Below, piece after piece: positions 60,639 through 64,000 of a DNA stretch of 64,000 nucleotides. The stretch is from Cenococcum geophilum (taxonomy: Eukaryota). The stretch's first letter is position 1, and each line of letters begins with the position of its first letter. Where the stretch lies: contig CP158635.1 in NCBI GenBank assembly GCA_050273025.1, forward strand, positions 24,366,001 through 24,430,000, written 5' to 3'. The notes beneath the pieces were generated by a model. That model ran no database searches, was not told the origin of the DNA, and was given only the letters and a program-made list of their open reading frames with translations. The translations under genes were made by a program, and so were the position numbers.

Positions 60639-63600
60639 GATATTAATAAAGAGATATTAATCGATAACAAGGCTAGCGCTATTAACTAAATATAGGCGAC
60701 GATCGAATACGGTGCCCTTAACTCTTTAGCCTTAAATCTATAAGTGTAGAATATAAATATAAAGAAGAGTTCTAATAAAAGCGTAAAAGGAAAACTTTTA
60801 TATCCTACTATACCCACCTTAGCCTCTCTTTGCTTAGCCTATCGCGAAATAAAATAATATTTTACTATTTCCACTATAGCCTCTACCTGCTTAACTTATA
60901 GCAAGCTATAAAGTATTTATAAGGATCTGGGCCTTTCCTTAGATAAACTTATTTACTACCTTAAAAGCGATAATAGAAGGCAAATCCATGCTAACGACCT
61001 AGGATTTTTTTTTAAATTTCTTAAGGACTTGGAACCCATACTACTATAGCGACTATTAGTCATGTTTACGACTAAGGTACTTATAGATTTATACCTTAAG
61101 AATATAAATACGTTATTCTGTAGTGTTTTCTCTTTAGTTAAATCATTTCTCTGCTCATTATATATAGCGGTTATTCGTCTTTTCTAGTATAGTAGGGTAA
61201 GGTAGTTAGGTTACGCGAGGGGACTTAGACTTATAGCTACGCTTATAGGGCTATTTATGTAGAAACTTCTCCAAGTATATATAAGGGGGCTTTAAGTCGT
61301 TATAAAGTTTATAGGGGTCTATATATAGGAACTTCTTTAATATTTCTAGATCTAGGACTTATATATTTCTTTTTTTCTAGTTCTAGTATTTTCCTAATAT
61401 TTACTTCTTACTAATTGCGTATTAGGCGTAAATAGATATTAGGCTAAACTATATAGCCTTTAACTTAGCTTATATAACTAGGACTGTAATATTAATTGCG
61501 CACTAGTATAAATAAGTATTCTCCGCTTTAGTTCGAGCTAGAAGGGTTATATAAACTAGGTAATTATATAAGTTTAGGGGTTATATAAGTTTAGGGGTTA
61601 TGCAAGCTCTAAAATCTTACGAGCTAGGAAATCGTAGGAGCTAGGAGATTTTGCGAGCTAGGTAATTATATAACTAAGGTAATTATACGGCTAAGGTAAT
61701 TGTAGTTCTAAAAGTAAGGCGGTTTATCTAAGTTATAGAAAATAGTTAGATAAGTAATTAGACGGTGCAAGCAGTTAGCTTTAAAGTATAGTTACTAGCG
61801 AGACCGGCTTCCCCTTTAAGTGCTACTATAAACTTTCTACTTTATATATCTAGTAAAGCATTAGATCTAAAATATACGTATTTAAAGAGCGCTAATAGTA
61901 AGCTTTTATATACGTTATAAAACTATATTCCCACCTACTATCTTTAAGCGGCCTATAAGAATATAGCTAGAGTAGGTTAGCTACCCTTACTACTAGTAGT
62001 AGTAAAAGCGTAACTTATACTAGATAAGTTTAGACTAAATATACGCCGGGCTAGTCTAGGTAGGACGTTAGCGTTATATAGCTAAAGTATATATTATATC
62101 TAACTAAGTACCTTACTTGTTCCGTCTCTCTTTAGGCCGCTATTACGCCTTAAAATAAATACTTAGGTACTAGTATATAGCTATATACACAATACGAGTA
62201 TATTATAACTTCTTTAGTCTATACGCTAGCCTTTTTACCCTCTTTTTATCTATAAACTAGGCACTTAAGAGTCTATCCTTAGCACTAATAATCTCTTCTT
62301 AAGATTGTACCCTAAAATATACGTCCTGCGCCTAACGCAGCGGCCGCTTACAGTATTAATTTTTTTCCTAAATCTTTATAACGGCCTTATATAATACTAA
62401 TGCAGTAGCTCTATTATTATACCTTATAGTTTTACCTAAACTAAGTTTGGAGTAGAATAACTTCGCAATATCTAAACACATCTTATTATTAGACGGCTAT
62501 AAACACCTAACTATATATCTAAATCTAGCGACCTAAAACTTACTAATAATATAAAGTACTCTATCTAAAAGCCCTGTCGCTTAGTTCTGCGCGGTAAAGT
62601 AGGTAGAAAGGTATATAATCTCCGCCCACAAGAAACGGGCCTAAGATACCTCGTAAATGCTAAGTACGTTCTACCTTAGCTCTTTAGTGGCTGTCCCAGC
62701 CATCTATAGTATTAGGCCACTTTTAGAAGGGTTAGCTGGATTTAATACCCTATAGTAGGAAAAGTAGGCAATATCACACTTCTATAGTTAGGCTATAGCA
62801 TTTATAATATTTAGGTACTTTAGAGTCTCTATAGAAACAAAAGGGCCTATAGCTGCTATAACCTTAAATCTCTCTGCTCTTATCTCTAGAAGATTACTTA
62901 CACTAGGGGTTTTAGGTATAGTTATAATAGCTACTCTTTAAGGATCGCGGCGAGATAGGATAGTAGTTTTAGCACATTCTTAAGAATATTAAAGGGCTTT
63001 AATTATTGGTGTATAGGACAAAATAGCCTAGTAATATATACGTTCCGTTAGTTTAGTAGAGATATTACTAGTAGAATAAAAAGGGAAAAACTAGTAAGGC
63101 TAGTTCCAATCTATTAAACCCTTAGTAGATCTTCTATAAAAGGCTATACGTAATAATAAAGCTTGTCTAATATAGGCCTTATATACCCACGCTATAGCCA
63201 CGACAAGAATTAAAGGTAGGCTTGATTTTTGCAGCCGTAGTTATTTAATAAAGTTATAGTAAGGTCCTAATTAATCTAGTCCTTAGCTTTATATACGCTT
63301 AATTTAAAAAGAATAAGGACCTTAAACGCGTTAGTAATAATAATAATAGCATCGCTTCTAAGGTTAGTAATATTTATAACTATAATACTGCCTTTTATAG
63401 AATAGTGCTATATCTACCTAGCGGTAAGGCCTTTATAAATTAGTATAAGGGATCTTTTAGCGGCTGCCAAGGCTAGCCTTTAGCTAGGCCTTAGCACCTC
63501 CTTATAAGCTCCCTTAGGCTTATAGCCCTCATATTCTCCTTATCGGTTCGTCTTTGTACTAGGCTATTACCTACCTTTATTACTATATCGTCCTCTTCTA

Positions 63601-64000
63601 CCAACTCTCCTTATAACTCATGCTCGGCTTACCTACTCCCTACCGTATACCTTAGCAATATGCCTTACAATTGGCTAAATCTAAAAAGTTACTAGATATC
63701 TTATACGCACTTCTTAAGCTTTATAATTGCTTTTCTCCAGCTTATTAAAGTAGTTCTCCACGTATAGTTATCTACAATATTTTAGGTAGGCTTATTTACT
63801 TCTAAATAAAGGCTTTTATATTGCGTATATAGCTAGAAATAATCAGCCTTTAGTTTAAAGGTATCGCTTTAATCATCTATAAAAAGGTTTAAGATAACTT
63901 TATATTCTCGCTTTAGTACCTCTAAGGCCGCTTAGGGTCCCTTTCCTATTTAAAAAGCAAAAAAGTAGGCGGTTATAGCCAGTCTAGAAAAGTGTAAGAT
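60639..64000. mobile_element. Heavily RIP-mutated block running off the window end, candidate large cargo-carrying element
   Basis: Sharp switch to TpA-rich sequence with no listed ORFs; begins at the tRNA break. Confidence 0.65.
62300..64000 (-). pseudogene. CHAT-domain (caspase/HetF-like) protease gene, RIP-destroyed
   Basis: Undoing TA to TG/CA on the minus strand gives, in order, G.I.V.NIT.LRSDAI (~63330-63395), VWWIGTGLAS (~63090-63120), SYTP.IKAL, AHFSCHG...PS.SGL (~62715-62770), YLSAC.TA (~62590-62615), GFQVAGF.HVVG.LW and WAQ.VHFG (~62310-62335). Confidence 0.85.

Noticed and set aside
61570..61602. TTTAGGGG motifs as telomeric repeats
   Set aside because: Only two copies within an ~18-bp degenerate tandem unit, not a TTAGGG array
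61628..61640. GAAATCGTA as the missing tRNA 3' half
   Set aside because: Lies within a GAGCTAGG tandem repeat and is not followed by a T arm or CTGTGTC

Overview
Genomic DNA of a filamentous ascomycete (Pezizomycotina): short spliceosomal introns with CTRAC branch points, and repeats bearing a strong RIP-like signature (TpA excess, C-to-T and G-to-A transitions). The left ~40 kb is an accessory-like mosaic. It holds a protealysin-type M4 metalloprotease with a duplicated propeptide, an internally deleted Copia element, a pogo/Tigger transposon, many MITEs and solo LTRs (one triple-nested stack), decayed HET, fungal-N-terminal and PhyH genes, a hydroxynaphthalene reductase, SurE, an HGT1-like sugar porter, a secreted Cys-rich protein, EDC3, and a bacterial-type minimal nucleotidyltransferase (MNT) gene convergent with a HET pseudogene. 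From 41 to 60 kb is a conserved core block: transglutaminase-like protein, Zn2Cys6 factor, B-type cyclin, LSM3, ATP13/AEP2-like PPR protein, YBP/glomulin-like protein and an RRM protein. At 60604 a tRNA-Ser 5' half is cut at the anticodon and fused to a heavily RIP-mutated block carrying a CHAT (caspase-like) protease gene, which suggests a large tRNA-targeting, cargo-carrying element. All family calls come from motif recognition by eye; no database searches were run.
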